DNA from: a virus | Taxonomy: Duplodnaviria > Heunggongvirae > Uroviricota > Caudoviricetes | Virus record (IMG/VR): IMGVR_UViG_3300022205_000001 | Coordinates: 1-64,000 of that record | Strand: one strand, 5' to 3' | DNA: 64,000 nt | Shown: piece after piece, positions 36,461 through 45,827 of the stretch | How the letters are laid out: the number at the start of each line of letters is the position of its first letter | How positions within the stretch are numbered: position 1 is the first letter of the stretch | Translations under genes and position numbers: made by a program | The notes under the pieces: model-generated | Database searches by the model: none | Told to the model about the DNA's origin: nothing | Seen by the model: only the letters and a program-made list of their open reading frames with translations

Positions 36461-36966
36461 TAGTATCCCAGTTCTTTCAATTTCAAAATAGTCACCTTGG
36501 CGCTGACATGTAGTATGCCAATTCCGCCTGCGGCCTCAAACTCGTCAACATTCTTTTTGTGATCATCGATCAAGATATTCCGAACGTCACCATTCTTTGC
36601 GAACTTTTGCTTATCGCGTCTATACACTACATGAATCCGTGATACCGGAAGACTAGGAATATGGCGTCTATACCATTCCTTCTTTCCTCGTTCCACTTCA
36701 TCGAAATTATGGTCCCATTGTGGAACCGCGGTCAAGATATGTGGATGATACTTCTCAATATGGGACCAATAGAGCTTCCAATCCGGCATCGGTGGGAGTG
36801 TTTCCCAAAATGCTTCATGGGCTTCTATGATTGCCCCCTGGTCCCGCGCCCCAGGCTCAGGGTCTTGCTTCCATTTATGCCCCAATAGACGTTCGGCTCC
36901 GGTGTAGAAGTCCGCAATAACCCCATCTGAATCACTGTAGATGATGGCTTTAGGGTGTCTTAGCAT
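36457..36966 (-). CDS. 5'(3')-deoxyribonucleotidase (NT5C-family HAD)
   Basis: YSDSDGVIADF matches NT5C DMDGVLADF motif I. Confidence 0.6.
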   Translation of the reverse strand: MLRHPKAIIYSDSDGVIADFYTGAERLLGHKWKQDPEPGARDQGAIIEAHEAFWETLPPMPDWKLYWSHIEKYHPHILTAVPQWDHNFDEVERGKKEWYRRHIPSLPVSRIHVVYRRDKQKFAKNGDVRNILIDDHKKNVDEFEAAGGIGILHVSAKVTILKLKELGYY

Positions 36967-36968
36967 AT

Positions 36969-37454
36969 TTATGCCTTTGCCTGTTTACGTCTAGGTTTAT
37001 AAGGTCCTCTCTTTTTACCAGTTTGCTTCAAAGAGTGGGCTAATCTTTGTTCATCAGTCCATTTGTATTGAACTCGACCTTTCATAGTGTTAGATATTTT
37101 TTGCCTAACCTCAACAGGTCTTTGTTTTCCTATTTGGGATTCTCTTTGTTTTCTTTTCCACTCCTCCGTTCTTGGAGGCCTTTTCATCCCTTTATGCTTC
37201 ACACTATTATTCACTTTCCATTGTTCCGAGTGTTTTCTTCCTCTGTTCACTTTTCCACACAATTCTTTTACAACTTCCTCATGCCCAATTATTCCAGCAA
37301 GACCTTTATATGCCAATTCATCCTGCCATCTACCATATTGTTCCCATAAAATTCTATGCGCCTCAGCATGAGCTTCGATTGTCAGCAACTTAATATTGCC
37401 AGAATCATTCGTCCCACCAGCATGACGTGGAACTATATGATGTTTATGTAACAT
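36969..37454 (-). CDS. HNH homing endonuclease
   Basis: HKHHIVPRHAGG...LTIEAHAEAH. Confidence 0.65.
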   Translation of the reverse strand: MLHKHHIVPRHAGGTNDSGNIKLLTIEAHAEAHRILWEQYGRWQDELAYKGLAGIIGHEEVVKELCGKVNRGRKHSEQWKVNNSVKHKGMKRPPRTEEWKRKQRESQIGKQRPVEVRQKISNTMKGRVQYKWTDEQRLAHSLKQTGKKRGPYKPRRKQAKA

Positions 37455-38917
37455 TATGGAGTCCTTGTAAAGGTGGTCGTTAATGGGGTGACAATTGGTG
37501 AATCTTGGAACTTATCGTTCGCCCCAGGTCCCTTCACTTCTATCTTTTCAGGTTTCTTTATGTCCATAGACTTCTTCTTTTTCTCAAGAGCCGATTTGAA
37601 TGCTTCTGCCACAATGGGATTATTGACAACTGTAGATTCATCTACTTTTGGTTTCTTGGGTGTAGACATTCTCTTGAGTAATTCTTTTCTTGCTTCTTCA
37701 CTCTCTTTGGATCGTTCCTTCTCTAATCCCTCTTTCCAATTATCAGTAGCTTCTTTCACTGTCTTATTATCAGAAACAACTTTTCCATCCTTTTTCACAA
37801 CTGCTCCAGGCTGTTGAGCCGCTTTGCGTAAGAATGCGGTGATAAAATGATGAGTGATAGAGTCGGGATCAACTTTAGATCGTTCCTTTTCTTCACTTAC
37901 ATGCTTATCTAGATCCTTTGGATCTGCGGTTGCAGCACCAAGACGATAGCGATTGTATTTTGGATGAACATTCTTCGGCTTGATATTGACTTTTCCATCC
38001 CCATGCACATGAATGACTTCATGTGGGCGTCCTTTATGAGGACCGATCTTCGGGACTACCGTATCTCCGACCTTGTATTCTTCATGTAATGAGGGGGATG
38101 TCCAATGCATATGGGAAGGTATTTGTTTACGATGTTTTGAGGACAACTTTTCCCAAGCAGCCGATGCTTTTTCACGATGATGTTCTTTATCTTGTTTATA
38201 TTGAATCTTACCAGATCCAACCTCATGTTCGTACTTTCTGAATAGGTTGTGATGTTGAAGGTACTGACTAACAGGACTATCATCGTCGATAGACTCCTCT
38301 AACTTTGCAGCATTCAACTTTGTATAATAGTCAGGCTTCTCATTCAAATGATCTAATGCAATTTCACGAGCATCACTTTCGCGTGTTGTATGTTCCTGCT
38401 CAACCTCGATACCCTTCTTCAACTGGTCTTCGATCTTCTCAACAGAGACTCCATGCTTTTTGGCAATAGCCTCCACCGAAGGAGTGGGAACGTCAAGAGA
38501 CTCTTTCATATCCTTCTTAGAAGGTTCTCCATCTTCCACATGTCTAAAGAGCTTGGCGCGGTTCTTCTTCCATTTGGCAGGATCATGCTTCTGTTTATTG
38601 GCATAGAATTCTCGCTTTGACTGTGCCTCTTCGATAGTGCCTGCCGCTTCTTCCAGCTTTCTTGCTTGTGTGGACATCAAGAGTGACCGTGCCATACCAT
38701 GGCGCTTGGCTTCATCGGGATCTAGAGAAAATGAGGTATGATAATCCCGATCATCCTTACCAACCGAATGCCACTTCTTCGATGCTGTCCCATACGTGAC
38801 TTTATGCCCATGCTTCTTAGCATGAGTAATGGCATCATTGAAAGACATACCTGGATCATGTGACTCTTGAATGTAGGATTTAAATGACTTAATCATGTTC
38901 CACTCCTGCCGCAGCAT
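37454..38917 (-). CDS. large Lys/Glu-rich protein (487 aa), unknown function
   Basis: highly charged, KOW/SH3-like patch KVGDTVVPKIGPHKGRPHEVIHVHGDGKV; candidate virion internal protein. Confidence 0.5.
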   Translation of the reverse strand: MLRQEWNMIKSFKSYIQESHDPGMSFNDAITHAKKHGHKVTYGTASKKWHSVGKDDRDYHTSFSLDPDEAKRHGMARSLLMSTQARKLEEAAGTIEEAQSKREFYANKQKHDPAKWKKNRAKLFRHVEDGEPSKKDMKESLDVPTPSVEAIAKKHGVSVEKIEDQLKKGIEVEQEHTTRESDAREIALDHLNEKPDYYTKLNAAKLEESIDDDSPVSQYLQHHNLFRKYEHEVGSGKIQYKQDKEHHREKASAAWEKLSSKHRKQIPSHMHWTSPSLHEEYKVGDTVVPKIGPHKGRPHEVIHVHGDGKVNIKPKNVHPKYNRYRLGAATADPKDLDKHVSEEKERSKVDPDSITHHFITAFLRKAAQQPGAVVKKDGKVVSDNKTVKEATDNWKEGLEKERSKESEEARKELLKRMSTPKKPKVDESTVVNNPIVAEAFKSALEKKKKSMDIKKPEKIEVKGPGANDKFQDSPIVTPLTTTFTRTP

Positions 38918-40400
38918 AGAAACGCTTCTTATCGAATCGCGGATTTGCTTTAGAGAAAATCTCTGAGTGATGGCTTGCCAATTCCTTACGCTTCTGAAGA
39001 TCAGGGTGCTGCTTGATAATATCCGCCACCTGGCGAAAGTGTTTACGAGTCATAGCTTCATTCAAGACATCTTTGACGATGGAGAATGTTTTTGAGGTCT
39101 CTTCAAGATTTTCTGACCCAGGTCCCACACGCTTGACGTTATGTTCTTTACCACCAGGACCAATATCAGCAATTTTATAACCAATCTCTTTCTTTGTGGA
39201 TACTTTAACAGGGGTTCCAGTCTTTTTATCACTATATCCAAGATAATTCTTGAAAGACTCTTCCTGCACCTTCTTTGCCTGTTTCGTGGCGGTGGCATAC
39301 ATGACTTCCTTCGCACGGCTGCCATAACGCTCCTTAAATCCCGCTTTCTTTTTCTTCATGCTCTTGACAATCTCTTCCTTCTTAGCGGTTTCTGCGGCAG
39401 TCAACGTGCGTTCATTCAACTGGGTAGACTCTTTCAGGGGAGTAAAATATTTTCTAATATGTTTGACCGCCTGATATCCACTTTCACCTCGAATGTGTTT
39501 TCTCACGGCAGCTTCATGTTGTTTAGAAATTTTGACATGTTGTAAGGATGCCTTTAATTTCTCTCCCCGTTTTTCACTTTCCATTCCCCTTGAATAATCT
39601 TTAATGTTTTTGTGTGCATCATTGAGTGAAGTATGTTTTTCTTTTCCTATTCCCCACACATGAATCCCATCATGGTGTATATGAACTCCTTCTTCCAATT
39701 GCTCAGTTTCTTCCTGCACCTTCTTCTTCTGCGCCGCTTTCCATGCGGCCCATCGTGTTCGGCGATTTTCCCATGTCTTTCTCTTCTGTTCTTCGCGCTT
39801 GGCGTCTGCTGGATTCAATGGCTTATTCGGTGCACCAGGTGAGGTGACTTCATTCAACTGTGCAATATGTTCCTTTGCTGCTTTCTCTGAAGAAAAAGAT
39901 CCATAACTATGGCCGCTGTCTGCTCCAAATACATGGTGATCACCATGGACAACTTCATGATAGTATCCTGATTCTTTTTTTCTTGGATGTGGTGGATATT
40001 TCTTTTCTCGACCTTCTTCTAGTTCCACCTCTTCATGCACCTTCACCTTTGACCATTTTGACATAGGAACACCACCCGGAACATGGGGGGAATTTACATC
40101 TACCACTCTCTTCTTTGCCTCATGCTCATTACTTGCGAGCACCTCGTGCGTTTTTCCAGTGTGATCAGTAACACGATAGGTTTTCTTCTGTTCCATAAGT
40201 TCCTCCGAGAATTGTTCATCTAATTTCGTTGCCCTCATCTTGTACCAGTGATTACGGTGAATCAGTTTTGCCGTCGCCACTTGTCCCTTTGCATGTGAAG
40301 AACTGGTGGCATGAACCTGATGGGTTCTCCCCAAATGGTCAGTCACCTGATACTTTCCAGTGGTAGCGTCTTTTGCTTTCTGTACCAGATCCTCTGCCAT
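38889..40400 (-). CDS. large Lys/Glu/His-rich protein (503 aa) with N-terminal tandem repeat
   Basis: repeat KYQVTDHLGRTHQVHATSSSHAKGQV / TYRVTDHTGKTHEVLASNEHEAKKRV. Confidence 0.5.
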   Translation of the reverse strand: MAEDLVQKAKDATTGKYQVTDHLGRTHQVHATSSSHAKGQVATAKLIHRNHWYKMRATKLDEQFSEELMEQKKTYRVTDHTGKTHEVLASNEHEAKKRVVDVNSPHVPGGVPMSKWSKVKVHEEVELEEGREKKYPPHPRKKESGYYHEVVHGDHHVFGADSGHSYGSFSSEKAAKEHIAQLNEVTSPGAPNKPLNPADAKREEQKRKTWENRRTRWAAWKAAQKKKVQEETEQLEEGVHIHHDGIHVWGIGKEKHTSLNDAHKNIKDYSRGMESEKRGEKLKASLQHVKISKQHEAAVRKHIRGESGYQAVKHIRKYFTPLKESTQLNERTLTAAETAKKEEIVKSMKKKKAGFKERYGSRAKEVMYATATKQAKKVQEESFKNYLGYSDKKTGTPVKVSTKKEIGYKIADIGPGGKEHNVKRVGPGSENLEETSKTFSIVKDVLNEAMTRKHFRQVADIIKQHPDLQKRKELASHHSEIFSKANPRFDKKRFYAAAGVEHD

Positions 40401-40402
40401 GA

Positions 40403-42748
40403 TTACCTCTTCCTGAATGCTTGGAATGTTTTCTTCTTGACTGGTCCTGTTGTAGCCTTTCCGCCCTGCAACACGTCCGTCTTCTCTCCTGCCCCCGTTT
40501 GCATCCCAAGAATCGGTCCACCCTCTTCACCAGTATCACGAGTGGCTTCTGTTTCCGTTACCAACGTCTTGCGAAACGTTTCAAATAGACGTTGAGGAGT
40601 CGAAGACGATCCCAACACCGGATGAAATTCACTAACACCCACGCCTTGAAACACAGGTACTTCCACGCTAGTCTGGAATCGTATAGATCCATGATCATCA
40701 TCCTCCATGAATGCAGTAAATGCTTCATCTAACTTCTTTTTCGTCTCTTCCTTCGGAGCTTTGAGGGCTTTTTCCTTCTCCACCAATTTATCATGTAAGG
40801 AGAAGTGTGTGATGGACCCCTTCTTTCCAAAGCGACCGTGACCATAATACTTCAGACCCATGGCTTGGGCTTCTTGTGCAGCTTCAGACTTGCCATGCGG
40901 TGCAGTGACACTGGCCTGCTGCTTCTTGTTGCCAACAGGTTTCTTCGCCAATTGACTCACATTCGTGTAAATCCACTTCTGAGCTTCTGGATGCTTCGGG
41001 GGTTCCTGTGTAAACTTCTTGACGGTCTTGAACAAATCGAGGAGTTCTTTTCCCTTTTGCTGGTGCACTTCAGGATCTTGATTTGTTCGCAAATCTTCGT
41101 CATTGTTGAATTCGTGATAATGGTCCGTTCCAAACTCCTTAGCAAGTGCTACACGAGCATCCTGGGCGTCTCTCCACTTCTTGAGTCGTTCACCTTCAGG
41201 GACAACCCGACCCCCACGCTGACCACGTTCAATGTTTCGTTGTCGTGAGATATCATCCTTGGTGTCCACAAAGACCATCTTAGAATCATATCCCATATCA
41301 CCGAGTTGCTTCTTGATCTTCAAAATCTTCTTGGTATCCAATCCTGCGGAGTTGATCACCAGGCCATTGCGTCCCTGAATGGCAAACTTATGACGCAAAT
41401 CATCTGTTGACTTTGGTCGTGAATCCCCCAAATGACGAGCCACACTATCTACACCAATTTCCACCAATCCATGACCATCAAGGGCTTTCTTGAGCACAAA
41501 GTCTTTTCCAGAACCAGGACCACCTGCCAAGAACACGGCTTTGAAAATTCCGGCATCATGCACGGCTTCAATAAGCAGAACTTCTTCGTTGATCTTTCTG
41601 GTACATGAACATTGTACCGCACCATGAGTGCCATATGAGTGTCTAATTCTCTCCCATCCAGTTCCCTCACATTCAGGACACTTCGGATCAGGTTTTTTGA
41701 TGGTAGAAACAGGATATTTTCCTTTCAATTCTCGTTCTTCATTGGTCGTATGCCCCATCGATTTTCTCACATCATGATACAATTCTTTTGCATGATGATC
41801 CTTCACATGTCCAGGGATACCCTTTTTGAATTCGCGGTAGTTCCCTTTGGATGCATGTTCACGCATCTTACTAGCTGACATACCCGTAGTTCCTTCAGCA
41901 TCCGGGTCCCGCTCTCCAGCAGAATGTACCGTGATGGACTTGAACTTATAGCCGTGTCCTTTTTCATCAAACTTTCCATTGTGCTTATGGAGTGCATCAT
42001 GGAATTCTTTTGCTCGATCACTTCCCATGACCACATGCAAGTGCGTCACCCCTTCTTTATGGGCTTTTGCAGCATGATGGAAAATTGTTGGAGACTCCTT
42101 ATCGGAGCCTGTCACATTCGTGCCTGGGAAAAAACGCTTGGCGTGTTTGATCTTTGCTTCTTGAGAAAGTGGGTTCTTCTTTGCATCTTGTGAGTGTGAA
42201 AGAACGACCTCATGTGATGCCCCATGTGTCTTCGCCACTTCATGCACCTTATCAACTAACTTTGCATGACCAGTGGTTGGGGGATTCATTCTACCAAATG
42301 CGAGAACCTTATGTTTCTCTTTTCCTTCTGTGACGGTCATGAATGACTCCACAACAGTTTTAGTGAATGACTTTGGATAGGCTTTCATAGCAGCCAGTAA
42401 ATCTTGAATAGCACAGTCTACTACAACCGCGGGGATTGTGTCGTCAACATCACTATTCAATAAGGCAAGCCAACGATGGTGCCCATCAGCTACAAAATGA
42501 TCGTTTGAGGTCACAATTGGTTTCCTCAATTGATCACGTTCAGACCCCATGAGGGCGCGAATTTTTGTTTCGTTGAAATTTCCTTGAGAGGGATGAAGTG
42601 CTGCAACGGGGAGTTCGGTAACCTGATAATCGATCTCTCGTGTGGCAAATAACCACTCAAGAAAGTCAGGGAGATCGGCCGATCTGATTTGAGGCAAATT
42701 GGCACGATCAATGTTGAGTCCGTTTTGTGGGATATGCAGTTGTTCCAT
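40403..42748 (-). CDS. tri-domain fusion: ParB/Srx-like domain + HxGH nucleotidyltransferase (NMNAT/PPAT-like) + P-loop kinase
   Basis: DGHHRWLA (ParB-like); AFGRMNPPTTGH and GMSASKMRE (HxGH / ISSTxxR-like); CPEC...CSC zinc ribbon; VFLAGGPGSGKDF Walker A. Confidence 0.6.
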   Translation of the reverse strand: MEQLHIPQNGLNIDRANLPQIRSADLPDFLEWLFATREIDYQVTELPVAALHPSQGNFNETKIRALMGSERDQLRKPIVTSNDHFVADGHHRWLALLNSDVDDTIPAVVVDCAIQDLLAAMKAYPKSFTKTVVESFMTVTEGKEKHKVLAFGRMNPPTTGHAKLVDKVHEVAKTHGASHEVVLSHSQDAKKNPLSQEAKIKHAKRFFPGTNVTGSDKESPTIFHHAAKAHKEGVTHLHVVMGSDRAKEFHDALHKHNGKFDEKGHGYKFKSITVHSAGERDPDAEGTTGMSASKMREHASKGNYREFKKGIPGHVKDHHAKELYHDVRKSMGHTTNEERELKGKYPVSTIKKPDPKCPECEGTGWERIRHSYGTHGAVQCSCTRKINEEVLLIEAVHDAGIFKAVFLAGGPGSGKDFVLKKALDGHGLVEIGVDSVARHLGDSRPKSTDDLRHKFAIQGRNGLVINSAGLDTKKILKIKKQLGDMGYDSKMVFVDTKDDISRQRNIERGQRGGRVVPEGERLKKWRDAQDARVALAKEFGTDHYHEFNNDEDLRTNQDPEVHQQKGKELLDLFKTVKKFTQEPPKHPEAQKWIYTNVSQLAKKPVGNKKQQASVTAPHGKSEAAQEAQAMGLKYYGHGRFGKKGSITHFSLHDKLVEKEKALKAPKEETKKKLDEAFTAFMEDDDHGSIRFQTSVEVPVFQGVGVSEFHPVLGSSSTPQRLFETFRKTLVTETEATRDTGEEGGPILGMQTGAGEKTDVLQGGKATTGPVKKKTFQAFRKR

Positions 42749-42769
42749 TCTTCCCTCTACAGGATGAGA

Positions 42770-43243
42770 TTATTTATAACGAAGGGTCTTTACATAATCT
42801 GAACAGACTCCGAGTACCTGATTTTCGTCAAAAAATGACAAAACCATATCAAGAGGCATAACTGACTCAGGCATGACAATGACCGAATGCTTCCCCGCTG
42901 GATATTTCCCAGGATAGCACCAAATATCTTGCCAACTGGTAAGAGTGTAATCATCTGTCTGGTGCCAGAAATATCGCAATTCAGGTGCATAAGTGTTCAA
43001 TAAGGACATTGCTTGAGTATTCTTACAATGAATCCAAAGGTGACGCATTCGCTCAGAGAGAAATGTAAACGACACAGTATATTTCCCGGCATCATGCCCT
43101 AACCACAGATCCATGCCTTGCCCGCCCCATACATCCACCTCAACATCAAACCCCTCTTCTATTGCTTGATCGATGTATGCCGGGGAGTTTTCTTTGTCCG
43201 GGTTAGGTCCTGCCAGGTTCCCACGGTGAGCAATATAGATCAT
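42770..43243 (-). CDS. GDPD-like (glycerophosphodiester phosphodiesterase family) short protein
   Basis: IAHRGN...ENS...GFDVEVDVW matches the GDPD N-terminal HRG / E.D catalytic block; only 157 aa. Confidence 0.45.
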   Translation of the reverse strand: MIYIAHRGNLAGPNPDKENSPAYIDQAIEEGFDVEVDVWGGQGMDLWLGHDAGKYTVSFTFLSERMRHLWIHCKNTQAMSLLNTYAPELRYFWHQTDDYTLTSWQDIWCYPGKYPAGKHSVIVMPESVMPLDMVLSFFDENQVLGVCSDYVKTLRYK

Positions 43244-43330
43244 AATTCTCCTTATTTTTCAACAACTTAGAGTGCATAAAACACACTCAAAACATTCAAT
43301 AAAATCAATCACTTATGAAGTCTCTAAAAC

Positions 43331-43401
43331 GGCTTTAGGGCGGTGTTAAGATGATAGGGTGATTATTTCCCTATCCTTGTCTCAAACACCACCCTAAAGC
43401 C
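43331..43401 (-). terminator. long nested inverted repeat, putative intrinsic terminator after the methyltransferase gene
   Basis: GGCTTTAGGGCGGTGTT ... AACACCACCCTAAAGCC (17 bp arms, 1 mismatch) enclosing GATAGGG...CCCTATC; followed on minus strand by GUUUUAG. Confidence 0.4.
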
Positions 43402-43421
43402 GATTCTGACCGCTTATCCGC

Positions 43422-44171
43422 TTATTCTAGGGGCTTCTGACACTGCACCCAGATCCATGCGGGGTGCTCGTCCTTACAGGTTCGCGTCAAGACATGTCCA
43501 AGCCAGGTGAAGCCGCAGTCTTCCAAATCTTTCTTGAGAGCGTCCACATCTTCAACCCGCACGTCCTTATCAACAAATTCTGCTTCGGTTGAGAAGGAAT
43601 CGGCAAAATAGTCCACTGACCGCGGATGGCCAGGACCAAACCCAGTCTGGAAACAGAGATACCCACCCGGCTTCAAGACCCGCAAGAATTCCTTATAGAG
43701 GTTCAACCGCACCGAACGGCTCGTGATATGCTGGTGACTGATCACCATGAATATAATATCATACCCCACAAAATCTCCAGATTGTAGGTTCTTAGGGTCC
43801 TTGGCTGCGGAAGGAATCATATCCAATGAGCGGCCGTCATTTGCCCAAAGGTTAGGCTCAGGAAGTCTTTCTGCGGCAAGATGAACTTTCGCCTTCTCGA
43901 TGCATTCAGGAGCAATATCCACTCCATCAATCCGACGAAATTTCTTATTCCATCGGATAATGTTGCGAGCAGGTCCGCACCCATACTCCAAGACCACTTC
44001 ATTTCCGGTGAGAGGGAGATCACGGAACAATACCGTATCATATTCCTCAAACGCTTCATGCTCATAGTACCATCCGACTACCGGATTCTTGTTTTGAAGA
44101 CTCCAGGTCTTGGCGATGTTATTCCAAAAATCCGACTGTCTCTGCAAAAACTGTTCATTACTTACGCTCAT
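43422..44171 (-). CDS. class I SAM-dependent methyltransferase
   Basis: VLEYGCGPARN motif I, VLKPGGYL post-I region. Confidence 0.7.
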   Translation of the reverse strand: MSVSNEQFLQRQSDFWNNIAKTWSLQNKNPVVGWYYEHEAFEEYDTVLFRDLPLTGNEVVLEYGCGPARNIIRWNKKFRRIDGVDIAPECIEKAKVHLAAERLPEPNLWANDGRSLDMIPSAAKDPKNLQSGDFVGYDIIFMVISHQHITSRSVRLNLYKEFLRVLKPGGYLCFQTGFGPGHPRSVDYFADSFSTEAEFVDKDVRVEDVDALKKDLEDCGFTWLGHVLTRTCKDEHPAWIWVQCQKPLE

Positions 44172-44184
44172 ATGATCCCTCCCT

Positions 44185-44442
44185 CTAAGTATTCATCCAC
44201 CGTTCATGTTCTTCCAAATCTCGTTCCATTCTTGGCCAATCCCGTTCATGTTCTTCCTCACTTGGGAATGGATACTCCATACGTACTTCCAAGGTTTCTT
44301 TCCCATACCTCATCTGACGATAATTCATAAGAAACGCATCAAGGTGAGATTTGAGTATCAATGCATCCTCATGTGAATTCACATCAATAACCAATCGAGT
44401 CATGATGCCACCAAATACTTTTTTGTGAACCAGGGATACCAA
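44185..44442 (-). CDS. hypothetical protein
   Basis: ORF. Confidence 0.4.
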   Translation of the reverse strand: MVSLVHKKVFGGIMTRLVIDVNSHEDALILKSHLDAFLMNYRQMRYGKETLEVRMEYPFPSEEEHERDWPRMERDLEEHERWMNT

Positions 44443-45200
44443 TCGATCTCCTGAATCAGTGAGCCAAACGGAATGTCTACTCTACTTATAGGACCTGTCC
44501 CATTGAGCATATGACCCCACTTCGCGCAATAGTGCGCCTGGGAGTGTTCCAAGATAGGATTACAAGACCCCATCTTTTGTTCAATCTCCTGGTGCTGATT
44601 GACATAATTCGCGTCACAGGCTTTCGATTGAATGTGGGTAGGAATATGTCGTTCTACTCCGATGGGATTATGAACGAATCCCCAATCATGACTTTCACTG
44701 ATCGAAAGCCTGTTGGCATCCCACTGCTGCCAAATTCGCTTGAGCCAATCTGCATCCCCACAATAGCAACCCAAATATCGTTCATCAAACCATCCCACGC
44801 GAGCAATGACCTTCTTCTTCACGTAGAAGAATTGATCCCCCGCTGGACCCCAAATCACATCATATCGATTCTTATTATCGAGGATCAAATCTCGAAATGC
44901 TGCGGGGGCGTGTATCATCGTGTCATCTTGAACACAAATGATTTCATCATGATGTTTGAGTGCCTTGAGAAAAATGTTATTCCAGCTTCTTGCACAGTAA
45001 GAATTGGCTTCTTCATCGGAGAGGCTGTTGTAGAGAATGTTCAGCTTTCCTTGTTTCCATAGTTCATGGTTCTCTTGTGTCAATTGAACTTCTGGGTGAT
45101 TGGAAAACACATTTACATCTGTCCAATGCTTGAAGGAATCAATCTGCCGATTGAGTGCCGCGGGTCTATTAAACGTCAAAATCCAACACGGTAGTCCCAT
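44400..45200 (-). CDS. putative glycosyltransferase (GT-A-like, DD motif)
   Basis: ILTFNRP...CVQDDTMI pattern; context. Confidence 0.4.
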   Translation of the reverse strand: MGLPCWILTFNRPAALNRQIDSFKHWTDVNVFSNHPEVQLTQENHELWKQGKLNILYNSLSDEEANSYCARSWNNIFLKALKHHDEIICVQDDTMIHAPAAFRDLILDNKNRYDVIWGPAGDQFFYVKKKVIARVGWFDERYLGCYCGDADWLKRIWQQWDANRLSISESHDWGFVHNPIGVERHIPTHIQSKACDANYVNQHQEIEQKMGSCNPILEHSQAHYCAKWGHMLNGTGPISRVDIPFGSLIQEIDWYPWFTKKYLVAS

Positions 45201-45203
45201 AAT

Positions 45204-45827
45204 TTAATTCTCCTCTTCCCTCCAAAATTCCACATCCACCTCTGATTCATCTTGGTGAACATAGACGATTTTATGTTTGAAATGGTTGGCATCTAAAAAC
45301 TTCACTACCGATGGATAAGAGTTATCAACCCCCTCGTAGATCGGTACTTTGTATGTGCATTCCAATCTCCCCGCACGAAGGATATGAATCAACTCCCCCA
45401 TACTCTTGAGAGCAATCAAATCATTTCCTTGTGCATCGATCCACATAAAATCGATGTGGGGAATTTCATGTTTCCGTATAAGAGTATCTAGACGAAGTGT
45501 TTGCACAGTAAGAGAATGAGTCATCCCCTTCTGATACTGCCAATGCTTCTGAAGCGGGGTATTCAACAACTCTGGGTGTAATGGATACAGACTATTGATC
45601 CCCCGTTCGTGCTCCATGATATGTAGAGTCTTTTCACCCTCTTCAAGATCGATGGCATATGGCCATATGGTGACTCGTGGATCATGACCAAATCGTGAGA
45701 CCAACTGATTCACCAATGCTGGATCTGGTTCACATGCATACATCTTATCGGCGCCTAACAGGAGCCGAGACGTATCATCACCGTTATTTGCGCCAATCTC
45801 AACAACTATTCTCATTAGTTCCTCCAA
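45204..45827 (-). CDS. FkbM-family methyltransferase
   Basis: VEIGANNGDDT matches FkbM hDhGAN.G motif. Confidence 0.6.
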   Translation of the reverse strand: MEELMRIVVEIGANNGDDTSRLLLGADKMYACEPDPALVNQLVSRFGHDPRVTIWPYAIDLEEGEKTLHIMEHERGINSLYPLHPELLNTPLQKHWQYQKGMTHSLTVQTLRLDTLIRKHEIPHIDFMWIDAQGNDLIALKSMGELIHILRAGRLECTYKVPIYEGVDNSYPSVVKFLDANHFKHKIVYVHQDESEVDVEFWREEEN

